In this document: piece after piece, positions 7,140 through 17,233 of the stretch
How positions within the stretch are numbered: position 1 is the first letter of the stretch
How the letters are laid out: each line of letters starts with the position of its first letter
Source: a virus
Lineage: Duplodnaviria; Caudoviricetes
Strand: one strand, 5' to 3'
Length of the DNA: 30,862 nucleotides
IMG/VR virus record: IMGVR_UViG_3300005403_000148
Location: 1 to 30,862 of that record
Program-made: the position numbers and the translations under genes
Notes under the pieces: generated by a model
What the model saw: only the letters and a program-made list of their open reading frames with translations
What the model was told of the DNA's origin: nothing
The model's database searches: none

Positions 7140-7867
7140 CACTCCCTCCAAGTCACGCGGCAAAAGCCGGAACCGCCTGTTCCTCCGGCAGAACTGGCGT
7201 AACTGCCGCCGCCTCCGCTGCCGCTGTTGGCTACCGCGCTGCCTCCCGCTCCTGATGCCGCACCGTCGCCGCCACCCGCATTGCCTTTTCCTGCGGTATA
7301 GCCTCCTCCGCCACCGCCTCCGCCGTATTTGCCCATATAGCCGGGTCCGCCGTTGCCCGGAACGCCGCTTCCAGCCTTGCCGCCGGGAAACCCAGCTAAA
7401 CCTTGTCCGCCGGACGCTCCAGTTCCCGCGTCGCAACCTTTGCCCATGAAGCCGCCGCCACCTCCGCCTTCCGAAGTGGTGCCGTATAAAGCCCCGCCAC
7501 CGCCTCCGCATGCGCCGTCCAGACCCGCAAGTCCCGAACCTCCGCGACCGCCGCCTCCGCCTTTGGCAATCAGCGTGCCAAACGAGGAATCGCCGCCGTT
7601 GCTGTTAGCCGTGCCGCCCGCGCCTATCGTTACCGCAATTGACGCGCCGACAGCCGTGGCGGTGACGTCATAGAGAAATTTGTCTATCACCTGACCGGCC
7701 CCGCCGCCTCCGCCTCCCACGTTGGTGCCGCCGGTTCCTCCTCCGCCTCCGCCGCCGACAAGAAACACTTCCACGAACTCAACACCGGGCGGACGCACCC
7801 AAGAGCCGGACGCCGTAAACGCCAATGACCGCAACCTGCCCACCATATTCACGACCATAGAACCCAT
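7139..7867 (-). CDS. Glycine-rich minor tail protein, 242 aa
   Basis: FTASGSW..P.GV...EV..VGGGGGG, IGAGG and GGSGFCRVTW, typical of phage glycine-rich domains; GGAGG RBS. Confidence 0.85.
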   Translation of the reverse strand: MGSMVVNMVGRLRSLAFTASGSWVRPPGVEFVEVFLVGGGGGGGTGGTNVGGGGGGAGQVIDKFLYDVTATAVGASIAVTIGAGGTANSNGGDSSFGTLIAKGGGGGRGGSGLAGLDGACGGGGGALYGTTSEGGGGGGFMGKGCDAGTGASGGQGLAGFPGGKAGSGVPGNGGPGYMGKYGGGGGGGGYTAGKGNAGGGDGAASGAGGSAVANSGSGGGGSYASSAGGTGGSGFCRVTWRE

Positions 7868-7879
7868 AATTGTGCCCTC

Positions 7880-8947
7880 CTATCGCGCCACCGATTTCAA
7901 AACCCAGATATCCACCACGCCTTGCGTGCCCATGTTCAGCGTTCCGTTGACCGACGCCGCCGTTACCCTGACCAGCGTCGCGTTCGCATGGCTTTCAGAA
8001 AACAGGCCCAATGCCATCTCGAACACGTCGTCGCCGTAGTTCTGGTAAACGTCGAACGGCGAGGCGTACTTAGCCAGCGCGCCGTCTATGCCGACGCTTA
8101 TCGTGTAGCCCGTTATTGAGTTGCCCGAAAAACAGTTCCGGTGTTTTATCTTCACGCCGTGTATTACGCCGCCCGCAGGAAGCGTGAACAGCGTTATCGT
8201 GTTTGAGTAACCCGCCGACACGAAATCCGAGTAGCTTTTGGTGAATTTCTCCCAAGCTGGGACGTTGTTCTCCGCAGCTTTGAGATTCACCGCGCCATTA
8301 AAACTGTTCGCACCGATAAAAGTCTGGTCAGCCGAAAGGCTTGCCAACCCGGTCGCTGTAAGCTCGCCGCTTAAGTCCTTTCCGCTGGGAAAGAACCCCG
8401 TGATATCGTCGTAATCCACCAGCACGACTGCGTCGTAATACGCCGTGCCTCCGGCTTCCATGTGCAGCTCTATGGAAAGCTCCGTTGCGGAACTTGCCAC
8501 TTCATGGGTCAGGGAGATGAACTCCCAAAGGCCAGTGCCGTTGTGGAACGCCGACACGGAACTGCCCACTCCGTCGCGTATCCGCAGCCGTGCCGCATTC
8601 GGCGTGGAACACTTTACCCAAACCCACGCTTTCACCGTGTGGCCTTTAAGCCCGACAAGCTCCGCGCTTGACTGTTTCAGATACGCGTCTGCGGAGCCAT
8701 AGGTCAGCGCAACTGCGTAATCACCCTGCTTGCTGTCCGTAACCCGCGCGACCGACGCGCCGCTGCCGAACAGCGTCCAGTCGTCCGGCGCGACATTTGC
8801 CCCGCCGGACCACTGCTCCATGCCGCCATTGTTTATCAGGTTCCACGGGACAAGGTTCAGGTGGCTGAAATTGTTATTGAACTTCGACGCCGACGGTATT
8901 TCCGCCGCGCTGTCCTGAAAAATAACCGGAATCCGTTTGTCGCCCAT
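7880..8947 (-). CDS. Minor tail or receptor-binding protein with carbohydrate-binding (CBM4/9-like) domain, 355 aa
   Basis: NLINNGGMEQW...PDDW...G.WE...YYDAVVL pattern; position after the tail-tip gene. Confidence 0.7.
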   Translation of the reverse strand: MGDKRIPVIFQDSAAEIPSASKFNNNFSHLNLVPWNLINNGGMEQWSGGANVAPDDWTLFGSGASVARVTDSKQGDYAVALTYGSADAYLKQSSAELVGLKGHTVKAWVWVKCSTPNAARLRIRDGVGSSVSAFHNGTGLWEFISLTHEVASSATELSIELHMEAGGTAYYDAVVLVDYDDITGFFPSGKDLSGELTATGLASLSADQTFIGANSFNGAVNLKAAENNVPAWEKFTKSYSDFVSAGYSNTITLFTLPAGGVIHGVKIKHRNCFSGNSITGYTISVGIDGALAKYASPFDVYQNYGDDVFEMALGLFSESHANATLVRVTAASVNGTLNMGTQGVVDIWVLKSVAR

Positions 8948-11466
8948 TACGCCGCCTCCCTTACCGTAAGCTCGGACTCCATGCGGACGCAGTCGTGTGC
9001 CGCCTCCAGCACCTTGCCGACCACATCATAAGCCGACTGGCCCTCGTGGCCCCAGAGGTGTATATCCGGCTTGCCGATATGCGCCGCCGTGTCTCCGATA
9101 TGCCACGCCTTCTTGGGATTGCCCGGATATTTGTCCGTGTAGCGTAACCGCACCATATCCCCGGCCTCCAACTGCGGCAGGAAGCGGGCTTTGAACTCGT
9201 ACTCTTTGTGCGGTTTGGAGTAGAGCCGGAAGTATCCGTGCGCCGTGCCGGTGGCGATATCCGCGTCCTGCTCAAGCAAAAACTGCGAGCCGCCCACGGA
9301 GAGTTGCTTCACGCCGTAGAGCGTCTGCGAGTTGGGTTTCGGCATGTTGAACGTGTCCGGGTCCGCGATGACGCTGTAATCGCCGTAGTTGGAGATGATT
9401 TTGTTGTAGACGTTCTTCAGCCCATCATTTACGCGGCTGATTTCTTTGATGTCCTTGTTCGTTAAAGTGATATGCGGAAACGCTATGCGTGTGGACAGCA
9501 TTCCGGCGATGTCTTGGTCGTAGTAAAATACCCGCTCGTCGCCCCAGTAGACGCCTTCATCGCCCCACAGCCACAGGGCGGCCACGCCGGATTCGCGCGA
9601 CCGGAAGAAGAACTTGCCCATGCGGTCAAAGCCGAACTCGTAGGAGGCGATTTCCGCCAGCTTTTCTATGGCATCCAGCACGGTCAGGCCGGAGCAATCC
9701 ACCAGCCGCAGTTTCGCAGTCAGTGTGGCATAAGTTACGCTATGCTCCGCGACAGCAGGGAAATCCTGCCCGCTGTCCGAACTTCTGCGCGTCAGTTCTA
9801 TCCGCAGATACCGCAACGCCGGGCTGGCTATGCGCCCGTTTTCCACCGTCTCCAGCGATGTATATACCGCGTTGTTGAGCGAGGTCTGCGTCCTGTAGCT
9901 GGTTGAGCTGCCGTTGTACTGGGTGACCGTTTCGTCCAGCCGCCCGAACGCGGTTATGTCAACGCTCAAATCGTCCGCGTCGTACAGTTTGGTCCCCAGC
10001 AAAGGCAGATTGGGCAACGCTGGCAGGTCGCCGAATTCGCCGCAGACGCGCACATAGTCAATGTATACCGGCGCATTTCTGGGCGTGCCGGTGGTCCAGC
10101 AGCCGAACTCGGCCACAGGGGCCGCGCCTGCGCCGGGCGTATATGCGTAATCCACGGCCTTCACGCCGCCGACGAACGCGACCACTCGCCCCGGCTTATG
10201 GTAAAGAACATACTGCGCGTTGGCGGGACTGCCGCCGTTCCATATCGCCGCGCCGTTAAGCAGGACCTGGCAATGTATGCCGGAGCCGCCCACCGCATAA
10301 CCAAGCCGGATTTCAGCCCTGTCCGAGCCGTGACTTAGCGCGAAATAGGCGTATTCGTTGGAGTAGCCGGATATCGCGCTGAACGCCATCACGCAACCGC
10401 TTCCCGCCGCGCCTATCGTTCTGCGCCATTTCTTTGTGGAAGCCGTATAGTTCGGCGTGTAAATCGTCAGGATATTGCTCCCGCCGCCGGTACCGGAAGG
10501 CCAGTAGGTGGCAATTTCAGCCGTGTAGGAACCGGTGTCCTCAAACAGCTCCCATTCGGGGCTGGAGTTCTGCGGCAAATCATCGCATTCGTAGCGGATA
10601 TTGTCCTCGGCGTGAGCGTGCGTTATCTTCTTGAACACGCGGTTCGGGAATATCACATCCTCGACTGTGCGGTCGTTTATACCAGCCGTGTCCAGAAGCC
10701 CGTTTACTACCTCGTGGATTTGCAGGTTCGTGTGCCAGCAAAGGTAATCCGCGACAACGGCCTGACCGGATGATGGCGCGGACACGAATGTGATTTTTGC
10801 GGGCGTGTCGTATGTGCTAAGGTCAGATATCTCGTAGTCCGTGCCGGGGGCTTTGAACACGCCGCCAGCCGCGACGCGCTTAATCCTACCCACATTTTTG
10901 CCGGAGGTGGTGAACTCTTTGGTGACACCGTCGCCGATACCCAACAACTCGCCGGTGATTGCGGTGGAATAGTTTTCCGCATCCGCGTCGTCCAGCAAAA
11001 TATGCGACGCGTCTATGCTGATTTGCGCGGTCTTGTCGTCCGCGTAGAACGAGATGCCGCTCACATAACCGGTGAACAGCCGCACTTCCTCGGATTCCGT
11101 GCCGTCGGAAAACTGGTATACCGCCGCGACTTTGAACATGGTCCGGTAGGCCGTGTAACCAAGCCGCGCGGTCGCGTCCTTCTTGAAAATCCCGTAATCC
11201 GCGCGCTCCAGCCATTCGTTCGCACCGTTATAAACCCGCATGGTCAGCGAGCCGGTGCGGAACTCGTTTAGGCGCACTGCGTCCAGTTCTTCTTTGGTCT
11301 TGCTGATGTCCCGAATGTTCCTTTCCGGGATAACCGTCCATTGCGGCTCGTAGGCAAATGCCTGCGCCTCTATATCCCAGTACCGGCGGCGATACGCAAC
11401 CACGCGCCGCACCTTGGAGGCGTTCAATTTCTGCGCCTGCAATATCCCTTGCGATAGCGTTATCAT
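8947..11466 (-). CDS. Tail tip or baseplate hub protein, 839 aa
   Basis: ATG at 11466 (ATGA coupling); second gene after the TMP; LFTGYV, FDRMGKFFFR and LEAGDMVRL motifs like hub proteins. Confidence 0.75.
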   Translation of the reverse strand: MITLSQGILQAQKLNASKVRRVVAYRRRYWDIEAQAFAYEPQWTVIPERNIRDISKTKEELDAVRLNEFRTGSLTMRVYNGANEWLERADYGIFKKDATARLGYTAYRTMFKVAAVYQFSDGTESEEVRLFTGYVSGISFYADDKTAQISIDASHILLDDADAENYSTAITGELLGIGDGVTKEFTTSGKNVGRIKRVAAGGVFKAPGTDYEISDLSTYDTPAKITFVSAPSSGQAVVADYLCWHTNLQIHEVVNGLLDTAGINDRTVEDVIFPNRVFKKITHAHAEDNIRYECDDLPQNSSPEWELFEDTGSYTAEIATYWPSGTGGGSNILTIYTPNYTASTKKWRRTIGAAGSGCVMAFSAISGYSNEYAYFALSHGSDRAEIRLGYAVGGSGIHCQVLLNGAAIWNGGSPANAQYVLYHKPGRVVAFVGGVKAVDYAYTPGAGAAPVAEFGCWTTGTPRNAPVYIDYVRVCGEFGDLPALPNLPLLGTKLYDADDLSVDITAFGRLDETVTQYNGSSTSYRTQTSLNNAVYTSLETVENGRIASPALRYLRIELTRRSSDSGQDFPAVAEHSVTYATLTAKLRLVDCSGLTVLDAIEKLAEIASYEFGFDRMGKFFFRSRESGVAALWLWGDEGVYWGDERVFYYDQDIAGMLSTRIAFPHITLTNKDIKEISRVNDGLKNVYNKIISNYGDYSVIADPDTFNMPKPNSQTLYGVKQLSVGGSQFLLEQDADIATGTAHGYFRLYSKPHKEYEFKARFLPQLEAGDMVRLRYTDKYPGNPKKAWHIGDTAAHIGKPDIHLWGHEGQSAYDVVGKVLEAAHDCVRMESELTVREAA

Positions 11467-12242
11467 GATTCCGCCGCCTTGAAACTGACCGTCAATCCGC
11501 CGGATTTGCTTTTGCTCACATAGCCGCAAGACAGGCTGTCCTTTAGCGCGGACACGGCGTAAATCCCCTGAGGCAAAGCGTCCGGCTCAGGGTAAACGAC
11601 GAACTCGCCGAGGCTGTAAATCGCCAGTAGCGCGTCCGCCTCCGCTTGGGAAAGCCCGGCGAATGAAAGGCTCGCGCCCCAGCGCGTAACCCTGTCGCCC
11701 GACCATTTCACCAGCGCAGTCTTTACGCCGCCGTCCATCATCTGCGTGGATATGTCCGTCGCCGAGAAGCCCGGCTCGTAGTTGTAAAAACCTTTTGAGG
11801 CGACCAGCAGCGTTTCCAAAGCCCAAACTTCGCCGATTTGCTTCTCTTGGTTCGGAACCTGCGTCTGGCTGAAAGTTATGCGGATACCGTATGCCTGCTT
11901 TGCAGTAAACTGCGCCTTGAGCGATATGCCGATTCGGTTTGAGGCGTTGAGCGTTATCGCGTTGCCCCAGACCGAGCCGGTGTAGAACTCCAGCACGGCG
12001 GACACCGCGTTGCAGTTTTGCAGTATCACCGTGTCCACGTTCTTGAGCGCGTTCACGCCGTTTTCCTGAAACAGGATTTCGATATACGCGGTAGAGGCGT
12101 CGCTGTTCTGCCCTGCAGTTTTCCAAAGCGCGTTGTAGTCGCGGTCATAGAGCCGGTATTTAACCGCGTCGCCGCCGGATACGCTTATCGCGCTATTCTC
12201 GTTGACGGCGTTCGGGCCGTAGAAGACGGGGTAATCGCTCAT
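11463..12242 (-). CDS. Distal tail protein (Dit-like), 259 aa
   Basis: Immediately after the TMP with ATGA coupling; call from synteny. Confidence 0.65.
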   Translation of the reverse strand: MSDYPVFYGPNAVNENSAISVSGGDAVKYRLYDRDYNALWKTAGQNSDASTAYIEILFQENGVNALKNVDTVILQNCNAVSAVLEFYTGSVWGNAITLNASNRIGISLKAQFTAKQAYGIRITFSQTQVPNQEKQIGEVWALETLLVASKGFYNYEPGFSATDISTQMMDGGVKTALVKWSGDRVTRWGASLSFAGLSQAEADALLAIYSLGEFVVYPEPDALPQGIYAVSALKDSLSCGYVSKSKSGGLTVSFKAAES

Positions 12243-14926
12243 ACCGCCCTCCGCTTGTTGTCCGAAGCCGCGTCCCGGCTGTTCACCGCAAACGCCAGCG
12301 CGTTCGGCGTGCGCCTGCGTATCTGTTCCGCCAGTTCGCCAAGCACGCGTTCGCGCTCAGAGGCGTTCAAATCCGCGACTTGCAACGTCATGTTGATGTT
12401 GAAAACGTTGTTCTGGCTCGCGCCTTCGCCGGAGGATAACGCGCTGTTTGGTATCACCGTGCCAGCCGTGTCCGGCACGAAAAGCTCCGGACCGTTCTCG
12501 CCTACAAGCGCGACTTGCCCCGCAGACGGCCTGCCGCCAGCCGCGAACCCGCCCGAAAAGCCGAGAATAATCGCCAGTATCGCCGCCGCTGCCGCCAGAC
12601 CGATGGCAATACCGACAAACGGGATACCCGCGTGTGCCGCGACAGCCTTCGCCTGACCGACAGCCGCCGCCTGCGCTATCTCTGCATGCGCCGCAGCCGC
12701 GCTCTCGGTTACTTCCTTCGCCGTCGCCGCAGTCTTTACCGCCGACACCGCTGTTGTCGTGGAAGTCTGGAATAAAGCCATAGCGGCGACCTGCGCCTTT
12801 TCCAGCGTCCACATCACGACCTTCTTGGCGAGGATTTCCGCCAGTATCTTGTAAATGCTGGCCTTGAACGCCTGCCACACGCCTTCCATGATGTCGCCAA
12901 GATTCACCGTGCCCTGCTCTATGGCGACGAACAACTCCTCAAACCCTCCGGACAGCGCGGATATCGCCGCATTGAACGTGGCGGCGAGATTATCCTTGAG
13001 CATGGTCGCCGACACGAACACTTGGTTGTAAGCGTCCTGCCACGCCTGAGCGAACTGCCCGGCCTGTTCCGGCGCGTCCGTCGCGAGATTTGGCATTTCC
13101 GGGGCTTGCGGCGTATTGAGTTGCGGCGCGGCCACTGTGCCGGTGAACACGCTTTTCACCGCGTCCAGATTGCCGCCGACAAAGTCCTGCGCCTTGCTAT
13201 AGCCGTCGGCGACGCTCTGCGCTATGTCCTTGCCGGTGTTAAGCGCGGTTTCACCAATAATGCCGCCCCACTTTTTCACGTCTTCCGCCACACCTTTGAG
13301 CGACTGCCCGACTTTTGAGCTGCCCAGCGCATCCGAGGTATCCTCGACGAATTGCTTTATCGCGCTGACCGCCGAATCAAGGTGCAGATACTCCGCCACG
13401 GTCATGAAATCCCGCACCCAGTTTTTGAAATAGTCCTTCAGGGCTTGGAATTTATCCTGAAAGAACTGCACAAAGAAGTCCGCTATGGTCAGCACATCGT
13501 CCATGTAGCTTTTGCAGACCTCGCGGAATGTCCGCATCAGCAATTCCCATGTTTTTACGATTACCGACCACTTGTCTATGACTATCAGCCCAACGGCAAC
13601 CAGCGCGATTGCGATAAGCCCTACCGGCCCAGTCAATGCGCCGATTGCCGTGATAACCGCTTTGAACGCCGCGATTACCCAGCCCAATATGGGCGCAAGC
13701 CCGCTCAGCGCGGACAGGAACAGCCCCAAGCCCCATACCGCAGGGCTGAGCGCCGCGATAATCAAGCCCAAGGTAACCAGCCAGTCCCTCGTCGGTTTAT
13801 CCAGCCCGGCGATAAATGACGTCGCCTTCTGTACCGCCGAGGTCAGCATTTGTGTCAGTTTGATTACCGTCGGCAACGCGATGTCGCCCAGCTTTATAAG
13901 CGCGACCTGCAGCACGGACAGAGCCTTTGCAAATTGCTGGCTCGCGTCTTGGTTGGCGATGTTGAAGGCGTTCTTGAGGTCCTGCTCCGTCGCTTTCGCC
14001 ACGCTGGCAATCACCGCCCGCGCTGCCTCGCCGTTCTTGCCGATTAGGTTCAGCAGTCCGACCAGCCCTTCGGCTTCCGGGAACACCCGCGCCATCGCCT
14101 GCTCGTTGTCGCCGAAGTGTTCCTTCAAGGTTTGCAGGACGGACAGCAGGCCTTCTTCCTTGAGCTGGCGGCGCAGTCCGTCAAACGACAGCCCGACCCA
14201 TTCAAGCGCGGTGCGCGTCTGGTCCGTCGGCTTTAACAGCGTCATGAATACGCCGCGCAGCGCGGATACCGTCTGCCGTGCGCCCATGCCGAGCCGCGAC
14301 ATCGCCGCTACCGCGCCGGATACTTCGCCGAACGAGACGCCCAACTGCGCCGATACCGGCAAGAGCTTCCCGATAATAGGCGCAAGCTCATCCAGTTGCA
14401 TTTTCCCGTTCTTGACTGTGGCAACCAGCACGCCGGTAGCCGTAGCCGCGCTCAGGTTGGCGGGACCATAGGCATTCAACGCGGAAGTAACCGTGTCAGC
14501 AACGGTTTTTGTGTCGCCCATGCCCGTGGCAGACGCCATCGCCGACACTTTCAACGCCTCCAGAGCGTCCGAGCCACGCAAGCCCGCCTGCGCCACGGAA
14601 TACATAGCGTCCGCCAGTTCCTTCGGCCCTTTGCCGGTCTGCGTGGACAGTTTCAGTATGTCTGTGCGCCAAGCGTCCACTTCTTCGCGGCTCACGCCGA
14701 GTATGGCGACTATTTTGTCCAGACTGTCGTCGAATTCGGTGGCGAACTTGACGGCGGATAACGCGGCACCGGCGAACGGCAGCGACAGCCCGTAGGTTAT
14801 CTCCTTGCCGAGCGTAGTGAACCGCCTTCCCGCGCGGGCGAGCGTCTTTTCAGCTTTGGCTATGCCTTCCTCAAAGCTGGCTGTTCTCGCCGTCAGGTTC
14901 ACTATCAGGTTGCCTATCGTCGCCAT
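12239..14926 (-). CDS. Tail tape measure protein (TP901 family), 895 aa
   Basis: MATIGNLIVNL start, Ala-rich helical body, hydrophobic segments, FAAGG...VGENGPELFVP motif. Confidence 0.95.
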   Translation of the reverse strand: MATIGNLIVNLTARTASFEEGIAKAEKTLARAGRRFTTLGKEITYGLSLPFAGAALSAVKFATEFDDSLDKIVAILGVSREEVDAWRTDILKLSTQTGKGPKELADAMYSVAQAGLRGSDALEALKVSAMASATGMGDTKTVADTVTSALNAYGPANLSAATATGVLVATVKNGKMQLDELAPIIGKLLPVSAQLGVSFGEVSGAVAAMSRLGMGARQTVSALRGVFMTLLKPTDQTRTALEWVGLSFDGLRRQLKEEGLLSVLQTLKEHFGDNEQAMARVFPEAEGLVGLLNLIGKNGEAARAVIASVAKATEQDLKNAFNIANQDASQQFAKALSVLQVALIKLGDIALPTVIKLTQMLTSAVQKATSFIAGLDKPTRDWLVTLGLIIAALSPAVWGLGLFLSALSGLAPILGWVIAAFKAVITAIGALTGPVGLIAIALVAVGLIVIDKWSVIVKTWELLMRTFREVCKSYMDDVLTIADFFVQFFQDKFQALKDYFKNWVRDFMTVAEYLHLDSAVSAIKQFVEDTSDALGSSKVGQSLKGVAEDVKKWGGIIGETALNTGKDIAQSVADGYSKAQDFVGGNLDAVKSVFTGTVAAPQLNTPQAPEMPNLATDAPEQAGQFAQAWQDAYNQVFVSATMLKDNLAATFNAAISALSGGFEELFVAIEQGTVNLGDIMEGVWQAFKASIYKILAEILAKKVVMWTLEKAQVAAMALFQTSTTTAVSAVKTAATAKEVTESAAAAHAEIAQAAAVGQAKAVAAHAGIPFVGIAIGLAAAAAILAIILGFSGGFAAGGRPSAGQVALVGENGPELFVPDTAGTVIPNSALSSGEGASQNNVFNINMTLQVADLNASERERVLGELAEQIRRRTPNALAFAVNSRDAASDNKRRAV

Positions 14927-15244
14927 TTCGTCCGCCCATTGCCGCGTTTATCGTCTTCACTACTTCCAACTGTTCCCACCAGTCTTGCCGGGTTTTCTCA
15001 AACCTCGGCATGAAGTCCTGCGCTTTATACGGTTTCGCCCCGCTTTTGCGGAACACATTCGCCATCGTCGAGGCTACTATGCCCGCCCGTAGGTCCGCCC
15101 TGTCCTCGCCGAAAGGCTCCAGCCCGTAATACGCCCGCCATTCGGTCAGCTCCCGCGAGCTTATCCGGCTGAGCAACTCGCTTACCGTCATGCCCAGAGC
15201 AAGGGCTAGGCGGAAGTAGAACCGTCGCTCCGGGCGTCTTTGAA
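14871..15244 (-). CDS. Tail assembly chaperone, frameshifted (gpGT-like) C-terminal part
   Basis: The -1 frame from the slippery site reads QRRPERRFYFRLALALGMTVSELL...ELTEWRAYY..EPFG. Confidence 0.85.
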
Positions 15245-15598
15245 ATTTCCGGCAAGCTCCTTTACATCGCTTTCGCTGAGGCCGGAAAGCTGCTGTGCCA
15301 CATTAAACAGCCGGTTCAGGGCTTTTGCGGACTTTTCACCGAGCCATTTCACGTCCTCTTCCGTGAACAGTGGCTTGCCGTCTTCGCCTATGGCCGACTG
15401 CGCCACCAGTTTCGCGCGCAGGTTCTGCATGTTCACCGTGGTGTTCCGGCCTTGCCCCTGTACCACGCTCGCCTCGAACCTGTCGCGCTCCGCGCCGGTC
15501 AGCGATTTAAGTCTGACTGTGCCGCCCCATTCGGGCACTTCCACGTCTTGCGTTTCCAAGTCGGAAACGCTTTTTATCTGTTCCTTGTTGAGAAGCAT
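15206..15598 (-). CDS. Tail assembly chaperone (gpG-like), 130 aa
   Basis: VEVPEWGG.V...LTGAERD.FE motif; between tail tube and TMP genes; GGAGG RBS. Confidence 0.9.
   Translation of the reverse strand: MLLNKEQIKSVSDLETQDVEVPEWGGTVRLKSLTGAERDRFEASVVQGQGRNTTVNMQNLRAKLVAQSAIGEDGKPLFTEEDVKWLGEKSAKALNRLFNVAQQLSGLSESDVKELAGNFKDARSDGSTSA
15242..15248 (-). other. -1 programmed ribosomal frameshift site A AAT TTC
   Basis: X XXY YYZ heptamer in frame in GGA AAT TTC near the end of the chaperone gene; the -1 frame is open into the next ORF. Confidence 0.85.
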
Positions 15599-15609
15599 TG
15601 CTTCCTCCG

Positions 15610-16032
15610 TTACGCCAGCGTCGGCTGGCCTGTTATTTTCAGCGTCACGCTCGCGCCCAGTTTGCCGTCCACCGGCGCGCTAGGCTCGAAGTTCGTCACG
15701 AACGCCGCGAAGCTCCATGTCGTCGCCGGTGTATCCGGAAACACGAGCTTGAAGTTTTTCTTGCTGCGCGCAGAAAGCGCAGTCGAAAGCGACTGCTGGC
15801 TGGTATTGCCCGGCAGGAAGTTCAGTTCCAGCTTTATCTCGCCGCCGTCCAGCAAACCGCCAGCGTATTCCTTCCAGCCGCCCGCCGAGCCGTGGCTGGT
15901 GATATCCACCGTGTCCATGCTCATGCCGGGGCCGCCGACATTGGTCACCTCGGCTATCGCCGCGAACACTTCAGGTGTCGCGCCGTCGCCGATTTTAAGC
16001 GTTGTGCCGAACGCGCTTATCCCTTCGCCCAT
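15610..16032 (-). CDS. Major tail (tube) protein, 140 aa
   Basis: ATG at 16032 with GGAGGAG; GTTL.IGDG, D.T.H.S.GGWKEY..GL.DGG and LKITGQP motifs. Confidence 0.92.
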   Translation of the reverse strand: MGEGISAFGTTLKIGDGATPEVFAAIAEVTNVGGPGMSMDTVDITSHGSAGGWKEYAGGLLDGGEIKLELNFLPGNTSQQSLSTALSARSKKNFKLVFPDTPATTWSFAAFVTNFEPSAPVDGKLGASVTLKITGQPTLA

Positions 16033-16034
16033 AA

Positions 16035-16415
16035 TTACTCCTCCCTGTGCCAAATAAGGACGTCAGCCGTGACGCGGAATATCCCGTCGTCCGCGCTGAA
16101 TCCGTCCGTTTCGTTTTCGTTGAACGCGGCCTGTATATCGCCGCCCTTCTTGCCGTGCAACGCCGCCACTGTCGCCAATGCCAGTTGCTTGGCTTCCAGA
16201 TAGTCCGCTGAGTAACAGTCCAACTGGAACCGCGAGGAGGCCAGTTTTGACGGCCCGCCGTGCGAGGCATAGCGGATGCATGACGCTTTCAAGTAGACAA
16301 TCGCGGGTAGGATAACCTCGTCCGGCAGATGCACCGGATATATCCTGTCGGCGACTGTCGCCGACACCACGGTGTCCTGCCGGAGCAGGTCATACAAGGT
16401 CCGCTCAATCGGCAT
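16035..16415 (-). CDS. Tail terminator/completion protein (DUF3168-like), 126 aa
   Basis: ATG at 16415 with GGAGG; RIYP..LP....PAIVY and RFQLDCY motifs; synteny. Confidence 0.85.
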   Translation of the reverse strand: MPIERTLYDLLRQDTVVSATVADRIYPVHLPDEVILPAIVYLKASCIRYASHGGPSKLASSRFQLDCYSADYLEAKQLALATVAALHGKKGGDIQAAFNENETDGFSADDGIFRVTADVLIWHREE

Positions 16416-16914
16416 TTTCGCCTCCGCATTTCGCCACCAGCTTGCGGTATTCCGCGTCGCAGGCTTGAATCGCCGCTTCCTTCTTCGCGTCAAACGCCGG
16501 GCGCATGAACGGTTTTGCCTCTACCCTGCCGATTACTTTGTAGACCCACTGCTTGCCGGACTTATGGGAACGGACAGCCAGCGCGTGGCCGAACTCGACA
16601 AGACGGCCATACCAGACACGCCAATGAAGCGCGACTCTTGCCCTGACTTCGCCTTTGAGCGGGTCCGTGCTGACCGTCAGCGTGATGTTGTCCTTTAGGT
16701 GCGCCGCCGAGCCCGCTTTCTTATGGCCTTCGGGGAACAGGTTGTCGATGCCTGAATCAAGCGGCGCGTTTGCCGCCGCTTGGGCGCGAATCACCTCCGC
16801 TCCGTTCTTGGCTGCGCGCATGGTGGCTTTACGCAGCTCCGCGCCGCGTATGCTCTTCAACGCAAGCTCAAGCTCCGGTATGCCTTCCAGTTGTATCGTT
16901 ACCATGTCGCCCAT
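16405..16914 (-). CDS. HK97 gp10-family tail completion protein, 169 aa
   Basis: LEG..EL...L, WYGRLVEFG, AKPFMRPAFD motifs. Confidence 0.9.
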   Translation of the reverse strand: MGDMVTIQLEGIPELELALKSIRGAELRKATMRAAKNGAEVIRAQAAANAPLDSGIDNLFPEGHKKAGSAAHLKDNITLTVSTDPLKGEVRARVALHWRVWYGRLVEFGHALAVRSHKSGKQWVYKVIGRVEAKPFMRPAFDAKKEAAIQACDAEYRKLVAKCGGENAD

Positions 16915-16915
16915 A

Positions 16916-17233
16916 TCACGCCACCCCTTTGCACATAAGCTGCAACTGCGTCCTGCCGTCGGCGGGGTTGATTATTTCCACGATGTCGTATGCGTCCGCG
17001 CCGTGTTTCACGCGCCAGCTCGGTTTCACATCAGCGCGGTAGCGGATTACCACGCGCATCGTGATTTCGCTGTTCACCTTCGCGGACTCGAAATACTCCC
17101 GGCCCCGCAAAGGCAGCACCGCCGCCCATACCGTCGCCACATCCGTCCAGACCGCCTTGGCTTGACCCACTTCATCCCGCGCCGTGGTTTGGCGTTGCAG
17201 TGTTATCCGCCGGTTCAGTTTGCCGGGGTTCAT
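16916..17233 (-). CDS. Head closure (head-tail joining) protein, 105 aa
   Basis: MNPGKLNRRITLQ...W..VATVWA...IRYR; ATGA-coupled start at 17233. Confidence 0.9.
   Translation of the reverse strand: MNPGKLNRRITLQRQTTARDEVGQAKAVWTDVATVWAAVLPLRGREYFESAKVNSEITMRVVIRYRADVKPSWRVKHGADAYDIVEIINPADGRTQLQLMCKGVA

Noticed and set aside
7140-7511. Arg-rich extension of the 6915-7511 ORF and a Pro-rich antisense ORF
   Set aside because: Alternative frames of the glycine-rich gene; the credible start is 7139.
4129-8947. Diversity-generating retroelement target
   Set aside because: No reverse transcriptase and no adenine-specific TR/VR pair seen; the internal duplication differs at all base types.
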